Positions 1-8,929 of a DNA stretch of 64,000 bases are shown in pieces; position 1 is the first letter of the stretch, and each line of letters begins with the position of its first letter. The stretch is from an uncultured Acidobacteriota bacterium (GTDB lineage: Bacteria; Acidobacteriota; Thermoanaerobaculia; UBA5066; Gp7-AA6): the NCBI GenBank assembly GCA_963739435.1, contig CAVUAN010000016.1:129309-193308 (forward strand), read 5' to 3'. Position numbers and translations under genes: made by a program. Under the pieces are notes generated by a model. The model was not told the DNA's origin. It did no database searches and was given only the letters and a program-made list of their open reading frames with translations.

Positions 1-509
1 TAAGCGACGCCGAGTGAGAGGCCGAACTGCATCTTGTCGTTCTTGACGAATCCGTAGCGGTAATCAAGATACGGGAGGCTCGATTTCATCGTAGCCGAGA
101 CCGACGCGCCCGCTTTGTACGTCGTGTCGCCGAAGATGATGTCTCTCGAGATTGTCGCCATGCGCGACCTGGAGAAGCCGACGTAGCCGAAGTCGATAAA
201 ACTGCGACCCGCGAAGTTCCAGGAGCCCCAGCCGCTAAAGCCGGCCCTCGGGCTGGGCACCCGAAAGACGTCTTCGAGGCTGACACCGCCGCCGAGGGGT
301 CCCCCCTGGGTGATGTTCTCCTGGAAGGTAACGTTGGTGTTGAACCAGGCGTACATGCCGCCAAGCCGCAGCCGGAACGTGTCGGGCACGTCGCCAGGAA
401 ACTGCGCCTGCGCTGGCGCGGCCGCGAGCAGCAGTCCCGAGGCAGCCATCAACAAGAGCAGTCTCCTTATCGCGGACTCGAGCGTTTTGCCCTGACCTGT
501 ACGCGTCAT
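1..509 (-). CDS. Outer-membrane beta-barrel protein, 5' part only (gene continues beyond window start)
   Basis: Missing from the ORF track because it runs off the edge. My own minus-strand translation from ATG 509-507 gives MTRTGQGKTLESAIRRLLLLMAASGLLLAAAPAQAQFPGDVPDTFRLRLGGMYAWFNTNVTF...GYVGFSRSR... It has a signal peptide and beta-strand periodicity. GGAGGAG lies 5 nt upstream of the ATG. Clear paralog of 62180-63028. Confidence 0.7.
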   Translation of the reverse strand, partial: MTRTGQGKTLESAIRRLLLLMAASGLLLAAAPAQAQFPGDVPDTFRLRLGGMYAWFNTNVTFQENITQGGPLGGGVSLEDVFRVPSPRAGFSGWGSWNFAGRSFIDFGYVGFSRSRMATISRDIIFGDTTYKAGASVSATMKSSLPYLDYRYGFVKNDKMQFGLSLGVA

Positions 510-714
510 CGATGCTCCTCCTATCCCAGGAAACACGCGGAACCCGCTCGACGGATTGCAACGGCCCTGTGGTCCTGGACGCAGACTCTACAGCCTTCCG
601 CAGTCGCCTGGCCACTAGACTTTAGTCCAGGGCGACGGCTGCCTAATGATGTATTTGCATCAGGAAGCGTGTCGCGATTGCATCAAGGATGGCGAGCTGG
701 AAGGAGGATTCACG
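510..714. promoter_or_regulatory. Divergent intergenic control region (duplicated at 25676-25880)
   Basis: 205 nt between divergent genes, conserved in both repeat copies. Contains a direct repeat TTGCATCA at 655-662 and 678-685 (copy B: 25821-25828 and 25844-25851). SD GGAGGA at 703-708 and GGAGGAG (minus strand) at 515-521. No promoter consensus could be assigned. Confidence 0.3.
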
Positions 715-730
715 ATGAAGAAATTCCGGA

Positions 731-1285
731 TTGTTGATGGTGGTTTGTGTCGCAATCGCCCTGTTCGTGGCGCCCGTGGCCCTGTCCCAGGCCCCGCCGA
801 AAGGCGAGGCGGTGGTGTCTTCGGTAAGCGCTACCGCGACTGTGATGAGTATCAACCAGAAGACGCGCGAGCTCACGCTCAAAGCGGACGACGGGCAGAA
901 GTACAGCTTCGTCGCCGGCGACGCGGTCCAGAACCTCGGCCAGGTCAAGAAGGGTGACGTCGTCAAAGTCACTTACACAGAGGCCGTCGCCTACGAGATC
1001 AGGAAGGGCGGAAGCGCGGGCACCGGGGTGGCCGCGGGTGCCGCCGCTGCTCCGCTCGGCGCGAAGCCGGCGGGCGTCGTCGGGGCGCAGGTGACTGTGA
1101 CGGTCAAGGTCGCGGCCATCGACCCCAAGGTCCCCTCGATCACCTTTGCGTTGCCGTCGGGCGACACGCGGACGGTCAAGGTGAAGTACCCCGAGAAACT
1201 CCAGGGCGTGAACGTCGGCGACACGGTCGACATCACGTACACCGAGGCGCTCGCGCTCAAGGTCGAACCAAAGCCGAAGAAGTAG
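731..1285 (+). CDS. Secreted protein built from two tandem ~55-aa beta-rich repeats (unknown function), copy A
   Basis: 184-aa ORF with signal peptide ...VCVAIALFVAPVALSQA. Internal repeats end GDVVKVTYTEAVAYEI and GDTVDITYTEALALKV. The SD-served ATG at 715 is out of frame by one extra A (721-723) relative to copy B, so the start here (TTG 731 or ATG 737) is uncertain. Confidence 0.6.
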   Translation: MLMVVCVAIALFVAPVALSQAPPKGEAVVSSVSATATVMSINQKTRELTLKADDGQKYSFVAGDAVQNLGQVKKGDVVKVTYTEAVAYEIRKGGSAGTGVAAGAAAAPLGAKPAGVVGAQVTVTVKVAAIDPKVPSITFALPSGDTRTVKVKYPEKLQGVNVGDTVDITYTEALALKVEPKPKK

Positions 1286-1335
1286 GAGCTCCGGGCCCGG
1301 ACCTCGGCAACTGTCGACTCTGAAGGAGGAGTGAA

Positions 1336-1908
1336 GTGGAAAATGTCAGAGCGGCGGTAACCGACTGGGCTCAAGAAGTCAAGAAGAACGCCGGGTGGCT
1401 CGTGGCGCTCGGGGTGCTGACGGTGATTGCAGGCTTTCTGTCCATCGGGTCTCCCATTCTCGGTGGCGCCGCCGTCTCCGTCCTCATCGGAATCGCGATG
1501 GTGATCGGCGGCGTCGCGCGAACCGTCGGCGTCTTTCGCGCGGGGTCGTTCGGCCAGGGCGCCCTCGCGCTCATCGGCGGCATCTTCACGTTCGTCGCGG
1601 GCGTGGTTCTTGTGACAAGGCCAGAAGTCGGCATGGCGAGCCTGACCCTGCTGCTCGGGGCCTACCTGCTGGTGGATGGAGTCTCCGGCACGTTCCTCGC
1701 TTTCCACGTGCGGCCGGAGAAGGGATGGGGCTGGATGCTCTTGAGCGCCGCCCTGGGCGTGCTTCTGGGAATCCTGCTGCTCCGGGAGTGGCCGCTCTCC
1801 GGGCTGTGGGCCATCGGGACGCTCGTGGGGGTCAACCTCTTGTTTGCCGGGTTCTCCATCATCTCCGTCGGCTCGGCCGCACGGGGTTTGGCCAGGCGGG
1901 CTGCGTAG
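1336..1908 (+). CDS. hdeD: HdeD-family (DUF308) acid-resistance-type membrane protein, copy A
   Basis: 190 aa with six Gly-rich hydrophobic helices (GWLVALGVLTVIAGFLSIGSP..., LLVDGVSGTFLAF...), typical of HdeD/DUF308. GTG start with GAAGGAGGA at 1322-1330. Confidence 0.7.
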   Translation: MENVRAAVTDWAQEVKKNAGWLVALGVLTVIAGFLSIGSPILGGAAVSVLIGIAMVIGGVARTVGVFRAGSFGQGALALIGGIFTFVAGVVLVTRPEVGMASLTLLLGAYLLVDGVSGTFLAFHVRPEKGWGWMLLSAALGVLLGILLLREWPLSGLWAIGTLVGVNLLFAGFSIISVGSAARGLARRAA

Positions 1909-1969
1909 CGTTTTCTCGGTGCCATCGAGTCCCGGGGCGGCCCTGGGCCGGCCCGGGACGGAGTGATCC

Positions 1970-2398
1970 ATGGCGGCTTCATTCTTGGTCCTGTTCGACT
2001 TCGCTTACGCCATCGTCAGGCGTTTGATCCATGACGCGTATTACAGGGCCCTGGGCATCGTGCTCCTGATGATGCTCCTGGCCGGTACTCTCTTCTTCTG
2101 GCTGGCCGAGGGTCGACCGTTCCTCCAGGCGTTCGTGTTTTCGGCGGGGACGATGGCGATGAACACTCCGTACGGGCTCGGCGGGGCACCCACGACGGTC
2201 GCGGGCGTCGTCTTCTTCGTCTTCTACCTCTTCCTGAGCGTCGGACTCTTTCTCCTCTTCGTCATCGAGACGGGCAAAACAATGGTCCAGTCCTACGAGG
2301 AGTTCTCCACGAAGATGGCCGCGCGCAAGAAAACGCACGCGGAGCACAATGCGCGGGAGATCGCAGAGGAGCAGGCCGCGGCGAAGAGCCTCCCGTGA
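1970..2398 (+). CDS. Small membrane protein resembling a two-TM ion-channel pore module with a degenerate filter
   Basis: 142 aa: helix, pore-like segment and helix (AGTMAMNTPYGLGGAP where K+ channels have TxGYGD), followed by a charged C-terminal tail. Assignment is tentative. Confidence 0.4.
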   Translation: MAASFLVLFDFAYAIVRRLIHDAYYRALGIVLLMMLLAGTLFFWLAEGRPFLQAFVFSAGTMAMNTPYGLGGAPTTVAGVVFFVFYLFLSVGLFLLFVIETGKTMVQSYEEFSTKMAARKKTHAEHNAREIAEEQAAAKSLP

Positions 2399-2490
2399 GC
2401 GCCGGGCGAAATCGTTTGTCGGATTGTGTGTGGGTCGAGCTTAGGGCGGTCATCTCCTCAAAGAGCGTCACGCTGAAGAAGGAATAGGGC

Positions 2491-3204
2491 ATGAGTACGA
2501 AAGAGACGGAGAGCGCAAAGCGAGTCCTCGCGATCGACATCGGCGGGACGAACGTGAAGATCCTCGCGACGGGAGAGCGCGAGCCGCGGAAGTTTCCGTC
2601 CGGCAATGGGTTGACACCCGACCAGATGGTCGCCGGCGTCCGGAAACTGGCCGGAGACTGGAAGTACGACGTGGTCTCGATCGGATATCCGGGTCCCGTC
2701 CTAAGGGGCGGTCCGGCCGCCGAGCCCCACAACCTCGCTCCCGGCTGGGTCGGATTCGACTTCAAAGCCGCCTTCGGACACCCGGTCAGGGTGATCAACG
2801 ACGCGGCGATGCAGGCTCTCGGGAGCTACAAGGGCGGGACGATGCTCTTTCTGGGCCTCGGAACGGGCCTCGGCTCCGCTCTCATCGTGAGAGGACACAT
2901 CGTCCCGATGGAGCTCGGCCACCTCCCCTGGGGGAAAAGAACCTTCGAGGAGTGCCTGGGAGTCCGCGGGCTGGAGAAGCAGGGAAAGAAGGCGTGGCGG
3001 AAGAGCGTCTCGAGGGCCGTGGAACGTTTCACCTCCGCTCTGTTCCTGGACGACGTCGTCATCGGAGGAGGGAACGCGAAGAAGCTGAAGAAACTCCCTC
3101 CTGGCTGCCGGCTCGGCGACAACGCCAACGCTTTCGTGGGGGGCTTCAGCCTCTGGAGAGGAACCAGGAAAGGACGGCACTCGCGCCCCGATACCGGAAG
3201 CTGA
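2491..3204 (+). CDS. ROK-family sugar kinase (glucokinase / polyphosphate-glucokinase-like, short form)
   Basis: 237 aa with N-terminal ATPase motif [13 protein letters not shown], plus [10 protein letters not shown] and [10 protein letters not shown]. No CxCGxxGC zinc motif. First gene of the pentose-phosphate operon. Confidence 0.7.
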   Translation: MSTKETESAKRVLAIDIGGTNVKILATGEREPRKFPSGNGLTPDQMVAGVRKLAGDWKYDVVSIGYPGPVLRGGPAAEPHNLAPGWVGFDFKAAFGHPVRVINDAAMQALGSYKGGTMLFLGLGTGLGSALIVRGHIVPMELGHLPWGKRTFEECLGVRGLEKQGKKAWRKSVSRAVERFTSALFLDDVVIGGGNAKKLKKLPPGCRLGDNANAFVGGFSLWRGTRKGRHSRPDTGS

Positions 3205-3256
3205 AGAAGAAAGCGCGTTAACAGGAAAACAAAGGGGGTCGGAAAGGGAGCACACC

Positions 3257-4273
3257 ATGCAACTGGGAATGATCGGGCTCGGACGGATGGGGGCGAACAT
3301 GGTTCGCCGGCTGATCGGCGGCGGCCACGACTGCGTCGTCTTCGACATGTCGCCCGAGGCCGTGGCAGGGCTCGTCAAGGAGAAGGCGGTCGGCGCCTCC
3401 TCTCTCGCCGACTTCGTGAAGAAGCTCGCCAAGCCCCGGGCCGTCTGGCTGATGGTCCCGGCGGCCGTCGTCGACAAGACGATCGCCGACCTCCTGCCGC
3501 TCCTCGAGAAGGGCGACATCCTGATCGACGGCGGCAACTCCTACTACGTCGACGACATCCGCCGTGCGAAGGAGCTCGCGGCGAAGGGCCTCCACTACGT
3601 CGACGTCGGCACGAGCGGCGGCGTCTGGGGCCTCGAGCGGGGCTACTGCATGATGATCGGCGGCGAGACGGATGTCGTGCAGCGTCTCGATCCGATCTTC
3701 AAGCGGCTCGCCCCGGGCCGGGGGGACGTCCCGCGGACGCCGGGACGCGACAAGGCGAAGGGGACGGCGGAGGAGGGCTACCTCCACTGCGGACCGAACG
3801 GCGCCGGCCACTTCGTCAAGATGGTCCACAACGGAATCGAGTACGGCATCATGGCGGCCTACGCCGAGGGGCTCGGCATCCTGCGCGCCGCGAACGTCGG
3901 AAAAGAGGCGCACGCAGTCGACGCGGAGACGACGCCGCTCCGTGATCCCGAGCACTACCAGTACGACCTGAACCTCCCCGACGTCGCCGAGGTCTGGCGG
4001 CGGGGAAGCGTCATCGCGTCGTGGCTTCTCGACCTCACCGCGGCGGCGCTGATCGAGGATCCCGCGCTCGCGAAGTTCGCGGGCCGCGTCTCCGACTCCG
4101 GCGAGGGGCGCTGGACGATCAAGGCCGCGATCGACGAGGCGGTTCCCGCTCCCGTCCTGACGACGGCGCTCTACGAGCGTTTCTCCTCTCGCGGCGAGGC
4201 GGATTTCCAGAACAAGCTCCTCTCGGCGATGCGCTTCGAGTTCGGCGGGCATCTGGAGAAGCCCTCGAATTGA
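3257..4273 (+). CDS. gnd: 6-phosphogluconate dehydrogenase, decarboxylating (short GntZ/YqeC-like form)
   Basis: 338 aa with [15 protein letters not shown] Rossmann motif, then [27 protein letters not shown] and [13 protein letters not shown]. Confidence 0.9.
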   Translation: MQLGMIGLGRMGANMVRRLIGGGHDCVVFDMSPEAVAGLVKEKAVGASSLADFVKKLAKPRAVWLMVPAAVVDKTIADLLPLLEKGDILIDGGNSYYVDDIRRAKELAAKGLHYVDVGTSGGVWGLERGYCMMIGGETDVVQRLDPIFKRLAPGRGDVPRTPGRDKAKGTAEEGYLHCGPNGAGHFVKMVHNGIEYGIMAAYAEGLGILRAANVGKEAHAVDAETTPLRDPEHYQYDLNLPDVAEVWRRGSVIASWLLDLTAAALIEDPALAKFAGRVSDSGEGRWTIKAAIDEAVPAPVLTTALYERFSSRGEADFQNKLLSAMRFEFGGHLEKPSN

Positions 4274-4283
4274 GGAGAACGAA

Positions 4284-5660
4284 ATGAGTTCACCCCAGTC
4301 GGACGCCCTCGTCTTCTTCGGAGCGACGGGCGATCTCGCCTACAAGATGATCTTTCCGTCGCTCCAGGCGATGCTGAAGCGCGGCCACCTCGACGTGCCG
4401 GTCATCGGGGTCGCAAACGCCGGCTGGAGCCTCGACCAGATGAGGGCGCGCGCGAAGGACAGCCTCGAGAAGCACGGCGGGCTCGACCCCGCCGCCTTCA
4501 CGAAGCTCTCCGGCCTCCTCCGGTACGTCGACGGCGACTACAACAACCCCGAAACGTTCGCAGCGATCAAGAAGCAGGTGGGCACCGCGAGTCGGCCGGC
4601 GCACTACCTCGCCATCCCCCCGGTCCTCTTCGGCAAGGTCGTCGAACAGCTCGGGACGTCGGGCCTCTCGAAGAACGCCCGCGTCATCATCGAGAAGCCG
4701 TTCGGAACGGACCTCGCCTCGGCGAGGGAGCTGAACCGGATCCTCTTCTCGGAGTTTCCGGAGTCGTCGATCTTCCGGATCGACCACTACCTCGGGAAGA
4801 AGCCGGTTCAGGCCGTCCTCGTCTTCCGGTTCGCGAACACATTCATGGAGCCGTTCTGGAATCGGAACTACGTCGAAAGCGTCCAGATCACGATGGCGGA
4901 GGATTTCGGCATCCAGGGGCGGGGCGCGTTCTACGACCAGACAGGGACGATCCGGGACGTCGTTCAGAACCATCTTTTCCAGCTTCTTTGCAACCTGACG
5001 ATGGAGCCTCCCGTCCGGACGGACAGCGAATCGATCCGGGACGAGAAGGTCAAGGTGCTGAAGGCCATCCCGGACCTTGTTCCGGCCGACCTCGTCCGCG
5101 GGCAGTTCACCGGCTTCAAGTCGGAGCCGGGCGTCTCAAGCGAGTCGAAAACCGAGACGTTCGCCGCGCTGAAGCTGGAGATCGACTCGTGGCGCTGGAA
5201 GGGCGTGCCCTTCTACATCCGCGCAGGAAAATCGCTCCCCGTCACCTGCACCGAAGTCCTCGCCCGGCTCAAGAAGCCGCCGACGGTCATCAAGGAGAGC
5301 CTGCTCCACCAGAACACCGTTCGATGCCGGATCAGCCCCGAACCGACCGTCGCCCTCGGCACGATGATCATGGGAGCGTCGGACGAGATGACCGGCGAGA
5401 CGGCGGAGCTGGTGGCGAGCCGCCACCCGGCAGCCGACGAGGCCGACGCCTACGAGCGCGTCCTGACCGATGCGATCGCGGGGGACGCGACGCTCTTCGC
5501 GCGCCAGGACTACGTCGAGGAGGCCTGGCGGATCGTCGATCCCGTCCTGAAGGCAGGGACGCCCGTCTTCGAGTACGCCCCCGGCTCGTGGGGGCCGGCG
5601 GAGGTCGAGGAGCGCCTCACGCCCCCCGGCGGCTGGAATGATCCGAAAGTGGACAGCTGA
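4284..5660 (+). CDS. zwf: Glucose-6-phosphate 1-dehydrogenase
   Basis: 458 aa with [31 protein letters not shown] and RIDHYLGK signature motifs. Confidence 0.92.
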   Translation: MSSPQSDALVFFGATGDLAYKMIFPSLQAMLKRGHLDVPVIGVANAGWSLDQMRARAKDSLEKHGGLDPAAFTKLSGLLRYVDGDYNNPETFAAIKKQVGTASRPAHYLAIPPVLFGKVVEQLGTSGLSKNARVIIEKPFGTDLASARELNRILFSEFPESSIFRIDHYLGKKPVQAVLVFRFANTFMEPFWNRNYVESVQITMAEDFGIQGRGAFYDQTGTIRDVVQNHLFQLLCNLTMEPPVRTDSESIRDEKVKVLKAIPDLVPADLVRGQFTGFKSEPGVSSESKTETFAALKLEIDSWRWKGVPFYIRAGKSLPVTCTEVLARLKKPPTVIKESLLHQNTVRCRISPEPTVALGTMIMGASDEMTGETAELVASRHPAADEADAYERVLTDAIAGDATLFARQDYVEEAWRIVDPVLKAGTPVFEYAPGSWGPAEVEERLTPPGGWNDPKVDS

Positions 5661-5678
5661 GATCCGGGGAGATCAGCA

Positions 5679-6371
5679 ATGAACATCGAGATCCTCGCCG
5701 ACGCCGATGCCGTCGCCCGCCGGGCCGCGTCCTTGATCGCGGGAGAGGCTCGCGCCGCCGTTGCCGCACGGGGAAGGTTCGTCATGGCGGTGAGCGGCGG
5801 AAAGACGCCGTGGGTGATGCTTCGCGCACTCGCGGACGAAGAAGTCCCCTGGCCCTCGGTCCACGTCTTCCAGGTCGACGAGCGGATCGCGCCGGCTGGA
5901 GATCCGGACAGGAACCTGACGCACCTCCGCGAGAGCCTCCTCTCCCGTGCGCCGCTGCCGCCGTCCCAGATTTACGCGATGCCGGTGGAAGCGACCGATC
6001 TCGCCGCGGCCGCAATCGAGTACTCGAAAAGTCTCGAGAAGGTCGCGGCGGCGCCACCGGTCCTCGACCTTGCCCACCTTGGCCTCGGGCCGGATGGCCA
6101 CACGGCCTCCCTGGTGCCCGACGACCCGGTTCTCGGGGTCACCGGGTCCGACGTGGGCCTGACAGGCGTCTACATGGGCCGGCGCCGGATGACGCTCACC
6201 TATCCCGTCCTCGACCGCTCTCGAAAGGTCCTCTGGCTCGTCACCGGCAGCGAAAAGGTCCCCATGCTGAAGCGCCTTCTTGCCCACGACCTGACGATCC
6301 CAGCCGGGCGGGTACGACCGGACAACGCCCTCGTCCTCGCCGACCGCGCTGCGGCCGGAGACGCCGGATAG
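5679..6371 (+). CDS. pgl: 6-phosphogluconolactonase
   Basis: 230 aa with FVMAVSGGKTP, VHVFQVDERIAP and LGLGPDGHTASL motifs. Position between zwf and rpiB fits. Confidence 0.88.
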   Translation: MNIEILADADAVARRAASLIAGEARAAVAARGRFVMAVSGGKTPWVMLRALADEEVPWPSVHVFQVDERIAPAGDPDRNLTHLRESLLSRAPLPPSQIYAMPVEATDLAAAAIEYSKSLEKVAAAPPVLDLAHLGLGPDGHTASLVPDDPVLGVTGSDVGLTGVYMGRRRMTLTYPVLDRSRKVLWLVTGSEKVPMLKRLLAHDLTIPAGRVRPDNALVLADRAAAGDAG

Positions 6372-6394
6372 AGCGGACAAGAGGAGAAGCAGGC

Positions 6395-6844
6395 ATGCGC
6401 ATCGGTATAGCGACGGATCACGGAGGGTTCGGCCTGAAGGAAGAGCTTCTGGGCCGGCTCCGCGATGCAGGACACGAGGTCGTCGACTTCGGGGCGCACG
6501 GCTTTTCGCCCGCCGACGATTACCCAGACTATGTCGTGCCGCTCGCGCGCGCGGTCGTGGCGGGAACGGTGGAACGCGGCGTCGCGATCTGCGGAAGCGG
6601 CGTCGGGGCATCGGTGTGCGCCAACAAGGTCCACGGGATTCGCGCCGCCCTCGTCCACGACCATTTCTCGGCGAAGCAGGGAGTGGAAGACGACCACATG
6701 AACATCCTCTGCATGGGCGGGCGTACGGTCGGCCCCGAAGTCGCCTGGGACCTCGTCCAGACCTACCTCTCGGCCGCTTACAGCCAGGAAGAGCGCCACC
6801 GGCGCCGCCTCGGCAAGGTGGCTGCTCTCGAAGCGGGAACGTAA
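6395..6844 (+). CDS. rpiB: Ribose-5-phosphate isomerase B
   Basis: 149 aa starting from the internal ATG at 6395 of ORF 5810-6844: MRIGIATDHGGFGLKEEL...ICGSGVGASVCANKVHGIRAA. The longer ORF extension overlaps pgl and is Arg/Pro-rich junk. Confidence 0.9.
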   Translation: MRIGIATDHGGFGLKEELLGRLRDAGHEVVDFGAHGFSPADDYPDYVVPLARAVVAGTVERGVAICGSGVGASVCANKVHGIRAALVHDHFSAKQGVEDDHMNILCMGGRTVGPEVAWDLVQTYLSAAYSQEERHRRRLGKVAALEAGT

Positions 6845-6871
6845 CCGGAAGAACGCGGAAGGCAAGACGTC

Positions 6872-8929
6872 ATGAGCACTCCGAACCTCGAGCAACTGGC
6901 GATCAACACCATCCGGACCCTCTCGATCGACGCGGTCCAGAAGGCGAAGTCCGGCCATCCTGGAACGCCGATGGCCCTCGCGCCGCTCGTCTACACGATC
7001 TGGAACCGGGTGATGAGCTTCGACCCGGAAGACCCGATCTGGCCGAACCGCGACCGGTTCGTCCTGTCGAACGGGCACGCCTCGATGCTCCTCTGGTCGA
7101 TCCTCCACCTGACGGGGGTCAAGGCGGTGAACGCCGATTACGAGCGGCTCGGGCAGCTTTCCGTGACGCTCGACGACATCCGCCGATTCCGCCAGCTCGA
7201 CAGCAAGGCGCCGGGCCACCCCGAGTACCACTGGGTTTCCGGTGTCGAATGCACCACCGGCCCGCTCGGGCAAGGCGTCGCGACCAGCGTCGGGATGGCG
7301 ATCGGCCAGAAGTGGCTCGCCGCGCGCTACAACCGTCCCGGCTTTGACGTCTTCGACTACGGCATCTTCGCCGTCACCGGGGACGGCTGCATGATGGAGG
7401 GGATCGCGTCCGAAGCGGCCTCTCTCGCGGGCCACCTCGGCCTCGACAACCTCTGCTGGATCTACGACAACAACCACATCACGATCGAGGGGTCGACGCG
7501 AATCACCTTCACCGAGGACATCGCGGCGCGCTTTCTCGGCTATGGGTGGAACGTCCTCCGGGTGGGCGACGCGAACGACGTCGACCGGATCCAGGACGCG
7601 CTCGAGGTCTTCCGGAAGACGCCGGGGCGCCCGACGTTCCTGATCCTCGACAGCCACATCGGCTACGGCTCGCCCAACAAGCAAGACACCTCGGCAGCGC
7701 ACGGCGAACCGCTCGGCGACGACGAGGTCCGCCTGACGAAGAAAGCGTACGGATGGCCCGAGGACGCGCAGTTCCTCGTCCCCGACGGCGTCCGCGAGCA
7801 CTTCGCCGCCGGGATCGGCGCCCGCGGCGCCGAGGCCCGGAAGAAGTGGACGGCGATGTTCGCCGCTTACCGCGCCGAGTTTCCCGAACTCGCGGGCGAG
7901 ATCGGCCAGATGCAGGAACGCGAGCTTCCGGCCGGGTGGGACAAGGATCTTCCCGTTTTCGAGGCCGACCCGATGGGGCTCGCCGGCCGGGAAGCTTCCG
8001 GAAAGGTCCTCAACGTTCTCGCCCAGAGCATCCCGTGGTTCCTCGGCGGCTCCGCGGATCTCGGGCCGTCGAACAAGACGACGCTGACCTTCGCGGGGGC
8101 TGGGGACTTCCAGCCCGAAACCCCCGGGGGGAAGAATCTCCACTACGGCATCCGCGAGAACGCCATGGCGGCGACGGTCAACGGCCTCTCGCTCTCGAAG
8201 ATCCGGGCCTTCGGCGCTACCTTCTTCATCTTCAGCGACTACGCCCGCCCCGCCATCCGGCTCTCGGCCCTGATGGAAATCCCTTCCATCTTCATCTTCA
8301 CCCACGACGCCATGGGCGACGGCGAGGACGGCCCGACCCATCAGCCGGTCGAGCAACTGATCTCGCTGCGCGCCATCCCCGGCATGGTCGTGCTGCGGCC
8401 GGGGGACGCCAACGAGGTCGTCGAGGCGTATCGCACCGTCATGCCGCTTCGCCACCAGCCGGTCGTGATGGTTCTGTCGCGCCAGCCGCTCCCGACGCTC
8501 GACCGGAAGAAGTACGCCGCGGCGTCGGGTGTCGCCAGGGGCGCCTATGTCCTCGCCGACGCCCCCGGCGGAAGGCCGGAGGTGATCCTCATCGCGACGG
8601 GGAGTGAGTTGTCCCTCGCCGTCGACGCCCACGAGAAGCTCGTGGCGGAGGGGATCCGTTCCCGCGTCGTGTCGATGCCGTCGTGGGAGCTTTTCGATCA
8701 CCAGCCGAAGGAATACCAGGACGCCGTTCTGCCGCCCGCGGTGAAGGCTCGCGTCGCGGTCGAGCAGGCCTCGATGATCGGGTGGGATCGCTACGTCGGC
8801 TCCGAGGGGCGCGTCGTCGGAATGAAGACGTTCGGAGCGTCCGCGCCTCTGAAGGAGCTGCAGAAGCACTTCGGCTTCGAACCGGAAAAGATCGTTGCCA
8901 TCGCCAGGGAAACACTCGGCAGGAAATGA
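6872..8929 (+). CDS. tkt: Transketolase
   Basis: 685 aa with SGHPGTPMALAP, VLSNGHASMLLWS, GDGCMMEGI and THDAMGDGEDGPTHQPVEQL motifs. Confidence 0.95.
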   Translation: MSTPNLEQLAINTIRTLSIDAVQKAKSGHPGTPMALAPLVYTIWNRVMSFDPEDPIWPNRDRFVLSNGHASMLLWSILHLTGVKAVNADYERLGQLSVTLDDIRRFRQLDSKAPGHPEYHWVSGVECTTGPLGQGVATSVGMAIGQKWLAARYNRPGFDVFDYGIFAVTGDGCMMEGIASEAASLAGHLGLDNLCWIYDNNHITIEGSTRITFTEDIAARFLGYGWNVLRVGDANDVDRIQDALEVFRKTPGRPTFLILDSHIGYGSPNKQDTSAAHGEPLGDDEVRLTKKAYGWPEDAQFLVPDGVREHFAAGIGARGAEARKKWTAMFAAYRAEFPELAGEIGQMQERELPAGWDKDLPVFEADPMGLAGREASGKVLNVLAQSIPWFLGGSADLGPSNKTTLTFAGAGDFQPETPGGKNLHYGIRENAMAATVNGLSLSKIRAFGATFFIFSDYARPAIRLSALMEIPSIFIFTHDAMGDGEDGPTHQPVEQLISLRAIPGMVVLRPGDANEVVEAYRTVMPLRHQPVVMVLSRQPLPTLDRKKYAAASGVARGAYVLADAPGGRPEVILIATGSELSLAVDAHEKLVAEGIRSRVVSMPSWELFDHQPKEYQDAVLPPAVKARVAVEQASMIGWDRYVGSEGRVVGMKTFGASAPLKELQKHFGFEPEKIVAIARETLGRK

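Larger units (their letters stand above)
474..1893. repeat. Copy A of a ~1.4 kb diverged direct repeat (partner at 25640-27057)
   Basis: Direct alignment by eye. Similarity starts at ggactcgagcgttttgccctgacctg and decays just before the hdeD stop. It covers 12 codons of the leftward gene, the intergenic region and two complete genes. The encoded proteins differ at only a few residues. Confidence 0.85.

Noticed and set aside
474-1893. The 1.4 kb repeat as an insertion sequence or other mobile element
   Set aside because: No transposase or integrase, no terminal inverted repeats and no target-site duplication. Its content is ordinary cellular genes, so it is treated as a segmental duplication.
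5810-6394. Long N-terminal extensions offered by the ORF track: rpiB from 5810, CPA1 antiporter from 32396, small OM barrel from 55764, aspA from 53327, PPK2 from 33432, corA from 29302.
   Set aside because: The extensions overlap upstream genes or intergenic DNA and are compositionally junk. Internal starts have SD sequences or ATGA-type coupling and match family N-termini.
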